Part shown: positions 25,617 through 39,400 of the stretch, in pieces | How positions within the stretch are numbered: the stretch's first letter is position 1 | How the letters are laid out: every line of letters starts with the position of its first letter | Notes under the pieces: model-generated | What the model saw: the letters and a program-made list of their open reading frames with translations, nothing else | Told to the model about the DNA's origin: nothing | Databases searched by the model: none | NCBI GenBank assembly: GCA_965178125.1 | Contig: OZ237764.1 | Span: 186,001-250,000 of the forward strand | Direction: 5' to 3' | DNA from: Bilabrum cf. latius | Lineage: Eukaryota | Length of the DNA: 64,000 nt | Made by a program: the position numbers and the translations under genes

Positions 25617-28600
25617 ATGGCAGCGTCTGGGGCGTCATCATCTGGGGATGCAAGGGCATTCGTTGTCGGCGATGAAATATTGATTCAGGGCAGGCATGTT
25701 GGGACGGTGAAATTCATAGGTAAGCAGCTCGTATTTGGCCCTTTCGGCATTTCCTGTCGTGAATAGCTCTTTTTATCTCAGGGTTCCCCTATCTTTCGTC
25801 GTTTGACCCGCAAAGCCCACCATTCACGGCGGGCACCGGGCATCAGACGACGTAAACGGTCGTTGTCACTGCTGACATCGTGCCGATGCCGTGATTAAGG
25901 CTTGTCTGGTTTGTTCAAGCGCATGGTTTGTTACTGAGTTTTACATCTGGAGCAGGTACGACGTCATTTGACCCGGCTGGCAGGGAATGGATAGGCGTTG
26001 AGCTTGAGCGGCCGATTGGGAAGCACGACGGGAAGGTCAAGAGCGTAAGGTATTTCACGGCAAAGGCAAAGCACGGAACGTTTGTTGCACGGAAGCAGTG
26101 TGAGCTCTACACCGAGGAGAAGCGTGCGGCTCGGAAGATTCAGGCGGCCGCACGCATGAAGATAGCGAAGAAGAAGGTAGAGCAAGACATCAGTTGGAGA
26201 ACCTACAATGCGCTTGATGCATCCGACGAAAACGTGAGCCGAAATTCTTAATTTGTGATAGCATGCTTGGCGAGTCGGTGGCTGGTTTCCCGGCAGAGCA
26301 GCCGGCAGACGGTCCGCGGATCAAGGGCGAGCGAGCACGCGCCTTCTTTTCTCCTCCTCGCCCCAACCCGACCCACCTCCCCGCAGGACCACTTGCACCG
26401 GCGGTAGCAACTCATGACTGGTGGCCTGCCCCAGAGCGAGGACAAGCTCACAGCCGCGGTGCGGGAGAGCGTCGTGAAGGCCGCAGACTCGATGGAGCCA
26501 GGCCCGGAGTACAAGGGCATCCGGCTGAGCTTCCCTATGACGATGGAGCAGTGCCACGAGCTAATCACGTACTTCAAGGGGGGCAATGTGCTGCACTACA
26601 AGTACGTGGTGCAGGTGCTGGAGCACTTTGCGGACGCCATGGCCAAGCAGGAGACCCTGGTGGAGACAACGGTGGAAAAGGGGGAGAGGCTGGCGGTGGT
26701 GGGGGACACGCACGGGCAGCTGCAGGACCTCTACTCGATCTTCACCATCAACGGGACCCCTGATGCGAGGAACAGGTACCTCGTCAACGGCGACTTTGTT
26801 GACAGGGGAAGGTATGGCGCGGAGATCGCCATCACCCTGTTCTGCTTCCACCTCGCCAACCCGCACTCCCTGCTCATGAACAGAGGGTGAGGAATCAAAT
26901 AGACCTGTAGCGCACGCAATAGACAATGGAGGGGAGGGGGTGTGGGTGCAACTTGCAGAAGCTCCTCCCTTCCCTTCCCCCTTTCCCCCAAAGCTCCTGA
27001 TTGAACCCATCCCTGCCAGTCCCAATCGCCTCTTGCTCGCTATCGCAGGAACCACGAGGAGACGTCGCAGAACGAGACGCAGGGCTTCCTGCAGGAGCTG
27101 GCCAGCAAGTACGGCCCGGGCCCGCATGCATCTGCCGTTGGTGGAAGCGCCGAGGCGAGCCGGAACGTCTACGGCATGTTCCACCACGCCTTCGACACGC
27201 TGCCTCTGGCCACGCTGATCCGGAAGGAGGACAGGAAGGTGTTCGTGGTGCACGGCGGCCTATTCGACCGCAACCAGAACGTGAAGCTGTCCCACATCCA
27301 GGCGATCAAGCGCAGGAGGAGCATCCCATGGGGCAGGCAGACGTTCGAGGACAAGCTGTTCGAGGACATGATGTGGTCCGACCCGCGCGAGGACATGCGC
27401 GGCACTGAGCCGTCCACCAGGGGCGCCGGCGTGTTCTTCGGGCCCGACGTCACGGAGCGGTTCTGCGCTCTGAACGGAATCTCTCTGGTCATCCGTTCCC
27501 ACGAGTGCGTCAAGGAGGGATACATGTACCAGCACCAGGACAGGTGCCTGACCATCTTCAGCGCCAGCCGGTACTGCGGCACGGGTGTGAACAGCGGGGC
27601 CTTCATCGTGTTCGACTCTGACCTCACGAACGTGGTGCAGCAGTTCATGGCAGGCCCGCTCGAGAGCACCAAGCCTGCCCCGCTCGCCGCCAGCGCGCTG
27701 AGCTAGCCGTACAAGCCGCAGGCTCCCCCACGGGCCGACGAGGTCGATAGCACTCGCCAGAAAGACGTAGTCAAGTCGAAGATCATCGAGCGGATCGTGC
27801 TCAAGAAGCCAGACCTGTACTGGTACTTCTCCAACGCAGACAAGGAGCACACGGGCACGATCGACCGGTTGGGCTGGGCCGAGGCCATGCGGACCGTGCT
27901 GGACATGCCCGACCTGCAGTGGATGCGCCTCTCGTACGAGCTGGTGGAGGCGGACTCGGACGGCAAGATTAACTACACCAAGTTCCTGGAGAGGTACCGC
28001 ATCCGCATGCGGGAGGAAGACCAGTCCTGGCAGAACGCCGTTCTGGGCCGAGTGTGCGAGAAGCTCTTCAAGATGTGCGCCAGCCTCGAGGACGCATACA
28101 AGCTCTTCGACGCTGACGGGTCCGGCAAGATCGAGTACTCCGAGTTCGTGGGCACCCTGGAGAAGCTGGACGTGGGCCTGAGCCGCAAGCAGATCTACGA
28201 GTTGATGCGGTCCATCGACACCGACCAGGACTCGAAGATATCGCTCGAGGAGTTCGCCTCGAGGTTCAGGATTGTGTTCAGCGCCGTTCAGAAATCGGGA
28301 GGCAAGGCGCCGCCCGGGGGCGCCCCCCTGGACGAGTGGACGCTGCACACGCTTCAGAGGGTGGGCACGCACCTCTTCGCGGGGAGCCTCAACGCCTCTC
28401 AGCTCTTTGCCAAGCTGGACACGGACAAGGACTCGGCCGTGTCCAGAGACGAGTTCCATGCCGCGCTGACCGAGATGCGGCTGGAGCCCCCGTTGACGGC
28501 CGAGGAGGAGGGCAAGCTGATGCGGGCCATCGACACGAACAACAGCGGGCACATTAACTACGTCGAGTTCATCGAGGCCTTCTCCTTCGCAGACGTGGGC

Positions 28601-28987
28601 GCCGCCAAGGCCGCCAAGGCAGCCTCCGCTGGCTCCCCTGACGCCGGGCAGTCGGGCGGGGACTGGCAGCGAGCCGTGATCGAGCAAGTAGTGAACGTGC
28701 TATTCGAGTACAGGATTGAGCTGGGCGCCGCATTCGAGAAATTTGATCTGGACAACTCGGGGACGGTAAGCAGCGAGGAGTTCCGGATGGGCCTCAAGGC
28801 CCTGACGGGAGCGATCGGGTCCAACCTGACCGACATGCAGGCGGACGAGCTGCTGAAGTCGCTCGACTAGAATGGCGATGGAGTCATCTCGTATCAGGAG
28901 TTCCTGGAGGGATTCTCGGTGGTGGATACCGAGGCTAAGAGCAAAGGGGCGGCAACCGGTGGTGCCGCCAGCGGGGCGGGCAGATGA
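25617..28987 (+). CDS. PPEF: PPEF/RdgC-type Ser/Thr phosphatase with N-terminal CAP-Gly, IQ motif and about 8 EF-hand motifs, ~939 aa
   Basis: CAP-Gly (GTVKFIG...WIGVEL...GKHDG...RYF), IQ (AARKIQAAARMKIAK), PPP motifs GDTHG, GDFVDRG, RGNHE (across an intron), VHGG, WSDP, IRSHE, FSASRY. Introns 25720-25955, 26234-26386, 26887-27048. 3 in-frame TAGs; TGA stop. Confidence 0.92.
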
Positions 28988-29143
28988 GTACACAAACGAA
29001 TTGCTATACAGGTCGCACGTGCCCTAGACTCTACTTGTTCGTGGTTCACCGAATCCAACCAAACTTTGATGGGTCGTGCATAAAAAACGGACTGGCCAGT
29101 AAGAATCATCCAAAATCAAGTCCGAACTTGGATCAAGCTGGGA

Positions 29144-32100
29144 TCACTAGCGCCCATTCCCTCGACTGCCCCTCCCCCAACCGCCGGTCTCACCATCTTC
29201 ATCCGCTAGATCTTCACGGAGTGAATCAAGCATGCAGCCTCGCGGCCTGCCTTTCCCGTCCTTTGTACCTGTTTGCGGCAGACTGAACGACGAACGCTAG
29301 CCCGATTCGCGCTCCAAGTACCTCTGCACAGTCGATGGAAGCACCAGAGGCCTCAGCCTCATCCCTGCGGCAGGCGCATTTGCCGGCATGCTGACCCCAC
29401 CGCTGAGGTGCGGCCCCGCTGGGATGGGCTTGAAGTCACCTGTGGGGAGGCCTCCCGTGAGGGCATTGCCGGCTGATGTGCCCCCGAGCACCTCCTCCCA
29501 GGCCTTAGACACGGACGGTGCTTGCTGCGAAGCGCCTGCTCCCCGGGTCAGCGATAAAGAGTTCGAGTCCCCGTCGCTCTCGGACTCGTAGGCAGCGATC
29601 CGCTTCAGTTCCTCCGACAAATCAAGTGCGTCCTCGTCCTCCGCATCGCTGCTATCCTGCTCGTCAGTGTCAGCGTCATTGCCCTGGATGCCATCAGGCT
29701 AATCGTCCATACTGCTCGCATACACTTGCTCATCATCTTGGCTCGTCGGGTCCTGCACACCCACTGCCCCGGGCTCCTCCTCGCTGATCACCTGCACCCG
29801 GCCTTCCCCGAACAGCTCGATCAGCCGCACACGCCGCTCGCCACTCTCGCTCCCAAGTTCTTCGGACTCACCACTCGATGATGGAGGCGCAGCGTCCCGT
29901 GCTTCGGATCCGGCTGGATCATTGGAGGGATCACGAAGCACCTCAGCCTCCACCTCTTGATCTTCACCGCCGCTGTCATCGTCACTGTCATTCCCACCAC
30001 TCTCTCCTCTGCTTGCCGCAGAAACGTTGTGGGCACCGGCGCTGCCAGCACCTGACCCAGCGGAAGCAGCGCTAAACCGCTCTCGAGACGTTGACCCACC
30101 TTCATCAGCTGACGTGCCTTCTGCAGAGACAGAAACCGGGGCTGCGCCGCCTTGCATCTCCCGAATGGTTGAAGCTACTGCAGTCATGTGCGCCTGCCGT
30201 ACAACAGCCATGTGCCTGGACTGTTTGCTAGCCTGCCGACCTTGGCCTTGGGCCTCTTGCAGGTCAGTATCGCCGTACGTGATGCCAGCGTTTGTCATAG
30301 GGAGCCTAGGCAGCGCCCCCATAGCATGATTAGACTCGTACCGCAGCAAGGTCGCGTCATTAGCGCCTCCGGTGCCTCCACCGGGCTCTACCACGGAGGC
30401 GTCGTGGTGATGCTCCGCAGCCTCCGTTGCTGCAGGCTTTTCGGATTTACGGCCTTTCTAGGCATGTATCTCGCCACCGGAACCGATCTTCTTGCTCTCG
30501 ACAGCCCCCTCTTCGTCCTCAATCTCTTCGGCATTCGCCACCGTTCTGCCAATCTGGCGTGACACCGGGGACACCACCCTGCTAGCCAGCCCCTCCCCAC
30601 CGGAAGCAGACTGCTTTCGCCGCCGCAGCACGGCTCGCATGGTTCGCGCAGCTGCATCCCCACCGAGCACGCGATTCCGAGCACCCACGGGGCTCCGTTT
30701 GGTTCCACGGCTAGCTCGGGCCGATCGATCACCCTTTGCTGACTGCCTGGTCGTTGACTAGGGGCCCACACCTCTGGCAGCAGCTCCCCCCTCCACCTCT
30801 CCGTCAGCTGGTGCTGCACCGGAACCCACAGAATCGGCATCGGTCCCTTTTCCTTGCTTCATCTGCGCCAAGACTTTGCTGGCCCATTTGCCAGCGACTG
30901 CATCGTCTTTTGGCTTCTTCCATGCACCGTGCCGCGACTTTCCGGCCACGAGTCGCGACTGCGCCCCCCTGGATGAGCCGCCGCCAGCTGTTTCTCGAAA
31001 TGCCCTACGCTTGCGGAGAGCACGTGGCTAGCTAGACAGTCGTGTCCCGCACGCATCGCGAGTTGGTACAGGGACCAAGTCAGCCCCAATCCATCGCGTG
31101 AATTTGGAACCGTTGATGCCCATGTCCTTCGGTCTCAGGTCCCAGCGAGACGGTAGGGGCAGCTTCTCCCCCCTCAGGTTCACCCGAGTCGTTGCAAGCT
31201 CCCCACCCCCCTCTACGATATCTACGAATGCGTGGTACTCAGTGAGTCGCTGTGCGTACGCCTCCTCGAGTCGAGCTTGCACCTTCTCGCGGTGTCGTAT
31301 CACCCTCTTCAGGCGATCAGACTGCGATTCCGCCTTTTCGCGCTTCATATCACTACCGCGGCTAGCACCGGCCATGGCCCCCGCACCGCCGGTATTTCCC
31401 GGCCCACTGCCAGCTCCAGAGGCACCTCCAGCCCCAGCTCCAGCAGGTGGGGCGGCCCCTCCCGACGCTCCTCCTGCAGCACCCCCACCAGAGCCGTTGT
31501 TACCGTCCCCACCATCACTGCCACCCCCCTTCCCACCAGCTGATGCGCCACCACTGCCGTCCATGTCATCTGCACCTTCCCTATCTTCGACAGATTCATC
31601 CGCGGCAATGGCACCGGTCGCACCCGTCTCTCTCACCTCACCAGTCGAAGTATCTCCGACAGACCCATCGACCGCGCTGGCCAGCTGCGAGTCATCGCCA
31701 TGCCCAGCACCAGCTCCCGCTTTGCCAACAATTCCAGGCACTTTTTCACCGCCATCGTCTCCCTTCGCCACTTCGACTCCAAGTTCGTCTTTCTCTAGCC
31801 CTGTCCTGACCTTCATGGACGGGTCCTCAACGCCCTCGATCTCGAACACGTTGTGGTCCTGGATCTGGCGGAATCGAGGCAGTTCTCGCCCCGTCAGCCA
31901 CTTGTGCACGTCCTATCGATTCAGCGTGAGAATCTGCGCAGTGACTAGAGCCGAGTTGGAGATCCATACAACGACGAGGCCAGCCGGCAGCTGCACCACG
32001 AGCGGAGCCATGAGAATCATGCCCATCTGGATCGCGCTGCGAAGGCGGACGGAAAGCGTCTGCCCCAGCATGGCCGAAACTGCGGTTCGTTGCTTCCCCG

Positions 32101-33304
32101 CGGCCAAACGAGGATCCCTCATACCTCCGAATGCCATCTCGCTGAGCCCATAGGCAGCCCCCATGGCAATCGCGGGGAGCATCAGCGTCGGGTCCGATTG
32201 CGTGAGATCTTCAAACCAGAACAAGCCAGCAGTTTCCCACGACTCATCCCCCGTGAGCACGAGGTGCCTAGCCCCCAGCGAGCCCGCCATCATGGTGGGT
32301 ATGAACAGCAGTGGGGTGGACAGACTCCTCCAAGGGTAGCACCCTGCCGCGTGCAGTGCCGCCCTCAGCCCGCGAAAGGTGGTCATGGCCACCCCCATGC
32401 GCTCCCAGTAGGTTGCGTTGGGACCCAGGCGCAGGACAGCCCGCTCATGGGCGTGCATGAGCCGTCTCATTTCGGGCTGTGCGTCTTGCGACCTGCGGGG
32501 AAGAAGAGATGCGGCGAGGTGCGGTGCGGTTCACGGTGAACTGGTTGGGGCGCAGTGCAAGACGGGCGAGCGATGGGCTGCATCAACCGATGGCACGGCC
32601 ATACTCAGACTGGAGCAGTCACCGCGTGACAGTTCTGCTCACCGTGCGGCATTTCGTAGCGACATGATTTGCACAGGGAGCACAGCCAGCCGGTAGCCTA
32701 GCAAACCAACGAATATGGTTCCCATCCAATCCAGGCCAGTCAAATCGTGCAGATGCTGGAGCCACGAACCAGTTGTTGTCACTATATTCATATAGGCTTG
32801 GTACCATGACCCCTCTGGGTCTAGCCAGAGGACTGGGTAGGGATGGGGAGTGTCGACGTCGTAGGGGAAATCGGAGTAGGGGTTGATCGATGACTGCTGA
32901 ATCATCGGGGTATCAAAGAGCTACTCAGCGACTTGATCTATTCGATGCCGCGCTGGTGCCACTGGAACACCTGTCCCGGAAGCCGTAGCCTACGTTGTTG
33001 CTTCCGCTGATGCGCCAGCGCCAAGCAACCGAGCACCCCACCTGCGGGCTTTGCTGGCCCATCCTTCCGATTCCCCCCGCACATCGCAACTATCCTTCTC
33101 TTTGATGGAATCATGCACAGCTCTTGAGTGGCAGCCTCGTGAGAGGACACTTTCAACACCTCGTGATGTGATGCGAGCAACTTCCGGAACTCGATGCCGC
33201 GAAATTCTGCAAATTCTGACATGAACTGGGTTGTTGCAGGCAGACAAGCGATTCATCTGTAGTAGCTTTCGCACATATCGAGATGAAATTGTATTCTTCG
33301 ACAT
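29144..33304 (-). CDS. YidC/Oxa1/Cox18-family mitochondrial insertase with ~900-aa C-terminal extension, ~1336 aa
   Basis: LQHLHDLTGLDWMGTI...YRLAVLPVQI, GCYPWRSL, GLFWFEDLTQSDPTLMLP, LPAGLVVVWISN. Arg/Ser-rich N-terminus resembles a presequence (start 33304 or 33256). Intron 32493-32642. Frame continues through 9 TAGs in total to TGA 29144-29146. Confidence 0.85.
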
Positions 33305-33434
33305 GCTCCAACGAAGAGAAAGTAAAAACTAAATGTGATTGCTCTGCTAAAATGGAACCTTTTAAACACTGTATACCGTATATCGAACGTTCCTCGATCA
33401 AATGAACTTGCAAAAAATAGTCAGAAATCGATGC

Positions 33435-36400
33435 ATGGAATCAGCGTCGACCGGGGTTAAATCAATTGATTATGCACTTAAGCTTCTGTACGGTGAGATT
33501 GAAGCTACGTGTTGCCTCAGCGAATCACTAGGAATAACAAAATGTTTGCTGTTGCACTTTGCCTTCATTTGCAGATGTTTCATCACCTCGATTTGTACGA
33601 GATGAGGCAATAGCGACGATGGTAGCATCTATGTCAGATATCACGGATCTAGGGGAGCTTCGCGAGAGACGTCTTCTGTAGCAGCTACTTTCAGGGGTTC
33701 GGTCCTCAAGTGCAAGCACAAGGAGCACATTCTCTGCCGCCATTGGCGCCATCGCCGGCACTCAAACAGAGTCTTCTTTGCTAAGAAGCGATACATTCTT
33801 TCATGACATTGGTGGCCTGCTGACACTCAACGAATTTCAGCCAAAGCGAGTGCTTGCCAATGGAAAGGCTCTCGTTAAAAGTGCTAGCACGAAGTGTGCG
33901 TAGTCAAGGAGGCAGAACTTGCCCATTCAAAGGTAGCGCGAGCTGGCCAAGCAGTCCCTTGGTTTCGGAATCGACGACGATGACGCAAAGATCGGAGTCG
34001 AGTTGATGCAGGTTGACGATGCGATTCTGGCTGACAGGGACCTGGGCTTGCATCCGGAACCCAGCACAAAGCGCAGTGGCAGCCAAAATGCTCGGAGTGG
34101 CCGGTCGCGCGATTTGGATGCTCTTGATGTAGCATTTACGCCCAGCCAAAGTTCGTGTGCTGATGCTGGGGGTTCTCCTCGCAGGACGACGAGAACCAGG
34201 ATGGGTGCAGCTCGCGGGGAGTCGGCAAGTGCCGCGGAGAGAGCCGCTGCTGAAACTGGCGCACGGGGCATGGCGCAGCCGACCGCCCCAGGCCATGAAG
34301 CTTCTCATGGATTTGATGAGCTGCTGTTTGCGCTGGTGAGCCCTCGGTGGCAGTCGCGACACGGTGCTTGCACTGCACTCCGGGCTATCGTGGCTGCGTA
34401 GCCTTGGAGGATGCAGTCTGGGTGGGGCGGACAGGACACAGGTGAATTGGCCAAGGCGAGACATACATCTAGCCTGGCCTTGGAGGATGCGCGCAGTGCG
34501 AGCAGCTTGTCGGCCTCGTCGGGTTCTGCGTCCGAGCATGAGCAGGATCACGGCATTGCCGTGATGTCGGCCTCCTCACGACAGGCTTCTCAGGCGAGGC
34601 TGGAGGATTTAGTCGTGCGATGCTTGGGATTGCTCCTCTTGGATCGGTTCGGTGACTACTCCAGTGCGAAGGCAAGAGCCCCGGTGCGGGAGGCGGCCGC
34701 AGAGCTGCTGGCAGAGATCGTGGCTGGCTTGTCGCCAGTGGCTGCTGCCCGTGTTCTGGACTCCCTGCTTCGCATCGCTGGCGAGGACTCGTGGCACGTG
34801 CGGCATGGGGCCTGGCTGGCAATCCGGGTTATTCTTCTTAAGCGTCACAGCCAGGATCCAGACGGTGGTGGCACGTAGCCCACGGGCGTGCTGCACATGG
34901 ACCCATCGGACGGCGCCCGCCTCCTAGACAAGTGCGCGGCGGCGCTGAAGGACAGCGTGGCGGAGGTGCGCGGGGCGGCTGCGGAGGTGATTCTGAGCGT
35001 GATGAAAACTGCAGGGGCTACGGCCAGGCAAGTCATGGATAGTCGAGGCACTGCGTCATCATTGGCTCCCCAAGACACCAGTGGTGGTGAGCTTCAAGTA
35101 GCAGGCGCGCTGTGTGAGGGCCTCGTGTCCTCTTTCCAAGCCACGTCATCCGGGGACAGAGAGGTGCTCCTGCATTGCGTGAAGCAGCTATTCGTCGATC
35201 AACAAGACTCGAGCGTGGAAAATGCCGTAGCCTCAAAGGAGATGGCAGGAATGGCGAAATCTTCATCTGCGTCTTCTTCGTGCGCATCCAGTGCAGCGTC
35301 AGGAAGCGGGGCTGCCGCCACTAGTAGCAGAATGCTTATCGCTCCAATCTGGCAGCCGGCAGTGCTTCGCACAATTGCGGGTAGCTGCAGGCACCCAGAT
35401 AGTAGCATAAGATTCGCGGCATTAGAAGCTCTACGCTGTGCCGGGGAAGCAGCAGTGTGCATAGGAACAGAAAGTGAGTCTTTGGGAGATGTGGTCTCAA
35501 TGATACTTTGGTCATGCTTCCTAGGGCTGGTGGCCGACCCCAATCCTTCTTGCAGGCTTGAGGGTGCGCGGGCCCTGGCAGCATGGGTTGGGATAAAGTC
35601 TGATTCGGGAGATGCACGAATAGAGGTGTAGGGACAGGGCAGCGGTTGGAAGGGCATCGAGCTTGGATCGGTAGTTGCGGCCTGGTGCGAGGTTGGTGCG
35701 CTTGCTGATGGCACCACTGTCTCGCTCGACTTGCCGTGCCCGTCCGATGAGAAGGATGGCGCCGAGAGAAAGATTGAGACGGAATTGAAAGAAGCTGGGA
35801 AGGCTGAGGGTTCGGCAGCTTGCGCCTCTAAGGCCGCGCCAAGTAGGGGTGCAGCTGCGGCCGGCGAGTTCGGAGCTGTTGCATCAAAGGACGGAAGTGA
35901 GCATCATGAGGACATGGAGGAATCGGACGACTCGGACGAGTCGAATTCGAGCTCATCAGATGAAGAGGGGCTGGATGGTGCTGCCTCGGTTGGTGCAGCA
36001 ATAGACCCAGAGCGGCGCGCGGCAGCAGCAGCTGCCATCGCCCGCCTACTAGGGTCCCCTACCGTGGTGTTAGCAGCGACCAAAGGGGGAGTAAAGCCAA
36101 TCACACAGACGATCATCGTACCTCTGCTAGCGTCCCACAACGAAAACCAGGTACATCTAGCGGCACTCGTGCTGTGGTGGCTCCGGCAGGGACAGGTGGG
36201 GCTTCGCGATGCAAAGCTTGGTAGCGGTCATGCAGAGTCACCAGCAGGAAGGGCTAACTCTTCGAGCGACTGGCCCGTCGGCAGGGTATTGCTCGCGGGA
36301 CTAATGCCTGATACGCTCCACCGGGAGATGTGGGCAGCATCCTCCATGCTCGCTCGAACAGCAGCCCAGGGCGTGCTAGCCCATACTGCATCTCCGTATT

Positions 36401-39400
36401 CGATACACACGATGGATGGATCTTTCGCAAGGGCATCTGCAGTCGTTCCAGACGGACTCAAAGCAGAGTTGTCCCCATCCAAGGCCCAACCCTCCACACT
36501 GCAAGTAACGTGCGCTCTTCTAGGCCTGCAGAGTGCTCCAGTTGCACGGGCAGCTCTGGTGGGGCACCAGGCAGGCATCATCCTTCGGTTCGCCTCTTTC
36601 CTGCAGAGGGCCCAGCTGCTCGAGCAGAGTGACCAGGAGCCTGCGATCCAGGATGCGCTGCTCCGGGTGGCACAAGCACAGGAAGACATGCAGGAGGGTG
36701 CGAGATAGTACGTGCTGGCGACTGCGCATGCCGTGTCAGTGCTGCTTGGACTTGAGTGTGGAGCACGGGCTGCGGACGGGGCCACAAGGGATTCCGCCAC
36801 GGTGCGTGCGAAGCGATCGGTTTTGCTGTGCTACTGCTTGATGAACTCTTCCAGCGAGGCGCATGCCGCGGCTGCAGCGGAGACGTGGCTGGTCTTTGCG
36901 CACCGACGCGCGAAGTGGGATGCCGGCACCTTGGCCAGGTCTCTTGTACTGCTAGCTGCGATCCCTCGGCGCGAGGACGAGGGCGATGCGCGCAGCACAC
37001 GAGAGGAAGCAACCGTTAGAAGTGACCCTGCGGGTGAAAGAGGCCGGGCGATGAGCTGGAGAGCTCGAATTGCCACAGGGGCAAGCAGGCTAGGCCGGTC
37101 CGTTTGCAGAGGTTGTGCAGACAAATGGGAAGTGGCACTGGCAGATGTATCCTTCCCTGTGCATTCCGTCGAGTCAAATATCCCGCTTGGGTGTGTCGCT
37201 GCGTGCGCTGGCATTCTAGCGGAGGCGCATGCCTTGCAATATGTGGTCTGGGGTGATGCGGTGTCTGGTTTGCTCGCTCTGGTGCTAGAGCGGTTGGGAC
37301 AGGGGGATGTTGCAGAGGAGGAGGCAATCGTGTTCGTGCAAGTCTGCCTGTCGGTTGGAAGTGCCAAGCTGCAGGCCAGCCGTATCGTTGCAACTGCTGC
37401 ATTTGTGCACTGCACAGCGGTAGCATCCGCCAGATCGGCAAGTGCGTGTGGTCCCAGCACTTGGATGCGTGTGCTGGACCAGTGCGGGATACAGGCTTGC
37501 CAACAGGACCCTGAACTCGTTCCGCTCTTTCTGGTGCCCTGCCTCGCAGCAGCGGCCGAGTCGGGGCGCTGGGACGAGGGGCCCGGCAGACTGGTCGCCG
37601 GTCTGCTTCCGTTTGCGTCGATGCGATCGAATTCTTAGGGTGCCATGGAGGGGGAGCCGCGCAGCCTGGGTCCGCTTGCTGGCAGCCATGACTCCAGACT
37701 GGCCAGATAGCTGCAGTAGGCACCATCGACTGGTGCATCAACCGCATCACCACCAGTCGCAAGAATGAGCATGAACCGTGACTTTGAGGCAGCGCACGAT
37801 AGAGCAAATAGGCTAGTGCAAGCCCTAGTATAGGGCCCAGCTACAGGCCGCCAAACCCGTGGCGTGGCGGCGCAGGTTCTCGCCGGTGAGATGGTCAGGC
37901 CACCACCACCCAGCTTGGAGGCCGTGGACGAAAGCAGCAACCTGCCTTCCGACCATAGCATAGCACATGCAGCCGGTCTTAATGTGCGCATCGTGGAGAG
38001 ACTACGGGCCTACTAGAAAGAAGCAGTGATGTGGATGCACGCGCTTCTCTCGTGCGGCCTGGGCTGCCTACTTGCAGATGATATGGGCCTCGGTAAGACC
38101 GTGTAGGCGCTCGCCATGGTGGCTTCCTCGCTACTCGGGGCTGACGCGGCAGGAGTAGCAGGAGCTAGAGCGCTGGCAGGTGCCAGTGATGGTGAAGGCC
38201 AACCCAGCACCATTCTCTCAGCATCGTCGAAAGTGGCGCCGAGCAGTGAATCAACGACTGCCTCGGCAAGCGGGCCTGAGTTGCGTGCTTTGATCGTATG
38301 TCCAGCATCTGTGGTGCATCATTGGGTACACGAGTGCGAGAAATTTTTCCCTGCCGGCAGTGGCAGAGGCATGGGGTTGACAGCTGTGGCGTACACAGGG
38401 GGCGCAAAGGGCCGACAGGCAGCCCTATAGCGTTTATCTCGTGGTACCTGCAACGTGCTGGTGGCGCCATACTCGTCGATGCGAGGCGCAGTCAAGGAAG
38501 AGCTGCTGCAGCCCCTGGTGGCCGGACAGGGCACGACGCCGTGGGCCGTGTGTGTTCTGGACGAGGGACACGTGATCCGAAACCCTGCTACTGCAGCATC
38601 GCAGGCATGCAGACGCATCCGGGCCCGCCATAGGATCGTGCTGTCAGGGACACCAGTGCAGAACTCGGTCATGGATCTGTGGGCCGTCTTCGACTTTCTC
38701 GTCCCTGGTCTGCTGGGCTCCCATGGGCAGTTCCAAGAAACCTATCGGAGGCCAGTTCAGGCTTCGAGGCAGTCTGGGGCTACTGCTGCTCAGCTACAGG
38801 AGGCTCGCTCGGCTCTCAAGCAGCTGCACTCAGTTTGCCTCCCCTTCGTGCTCCGGCGCATGAAGCAGGACGTGCTGCCAGAGCTGCCACCTAAGGTTAT
38901 CCAAGATGTTGTGGTGGATCTCCAGCCCAGGTAGGCAGAGCTCTACCGTGCCCTTCAGGCTACCTAGGCAATACCACCGTCTGATCTCGGGCAATCTATA
39001 CAAACTAGGGAAGGAGATGCGTTGAGGAAAGCTGGCGAGAGTGATGCTAGTGGATCTAGCACGGGGAAGTCGAAAGGCGTTTCGCTCGCTGCACTCACAC
39101 GACTAAGACAGGTTTGCGGCCACCCGCGATTACTGCCGGCTGGATTGGGCGACTTGCCAAAGAAGGGTACGGCATAGTCCAAGCGATGCGCGACAGCTGG
39201 CACGAAAAGGCGGAGACATGTAGCCGATGCGGCTGAGCGGCCGCAGGAGGCCAGTAGCGCAGGTCCTCAAAGCGCGACAGAATGTGGTGAGTCGTACGAG
39301 GAGAGCGGGAAATTAATTGCGCTTGTCGAGCTCATGGAGTAGCTGGGGTTTTCGAGAGGCGAGCAAGTGGGAGGAGGAAGCAGCGAAGTTGGCAGGGCGA

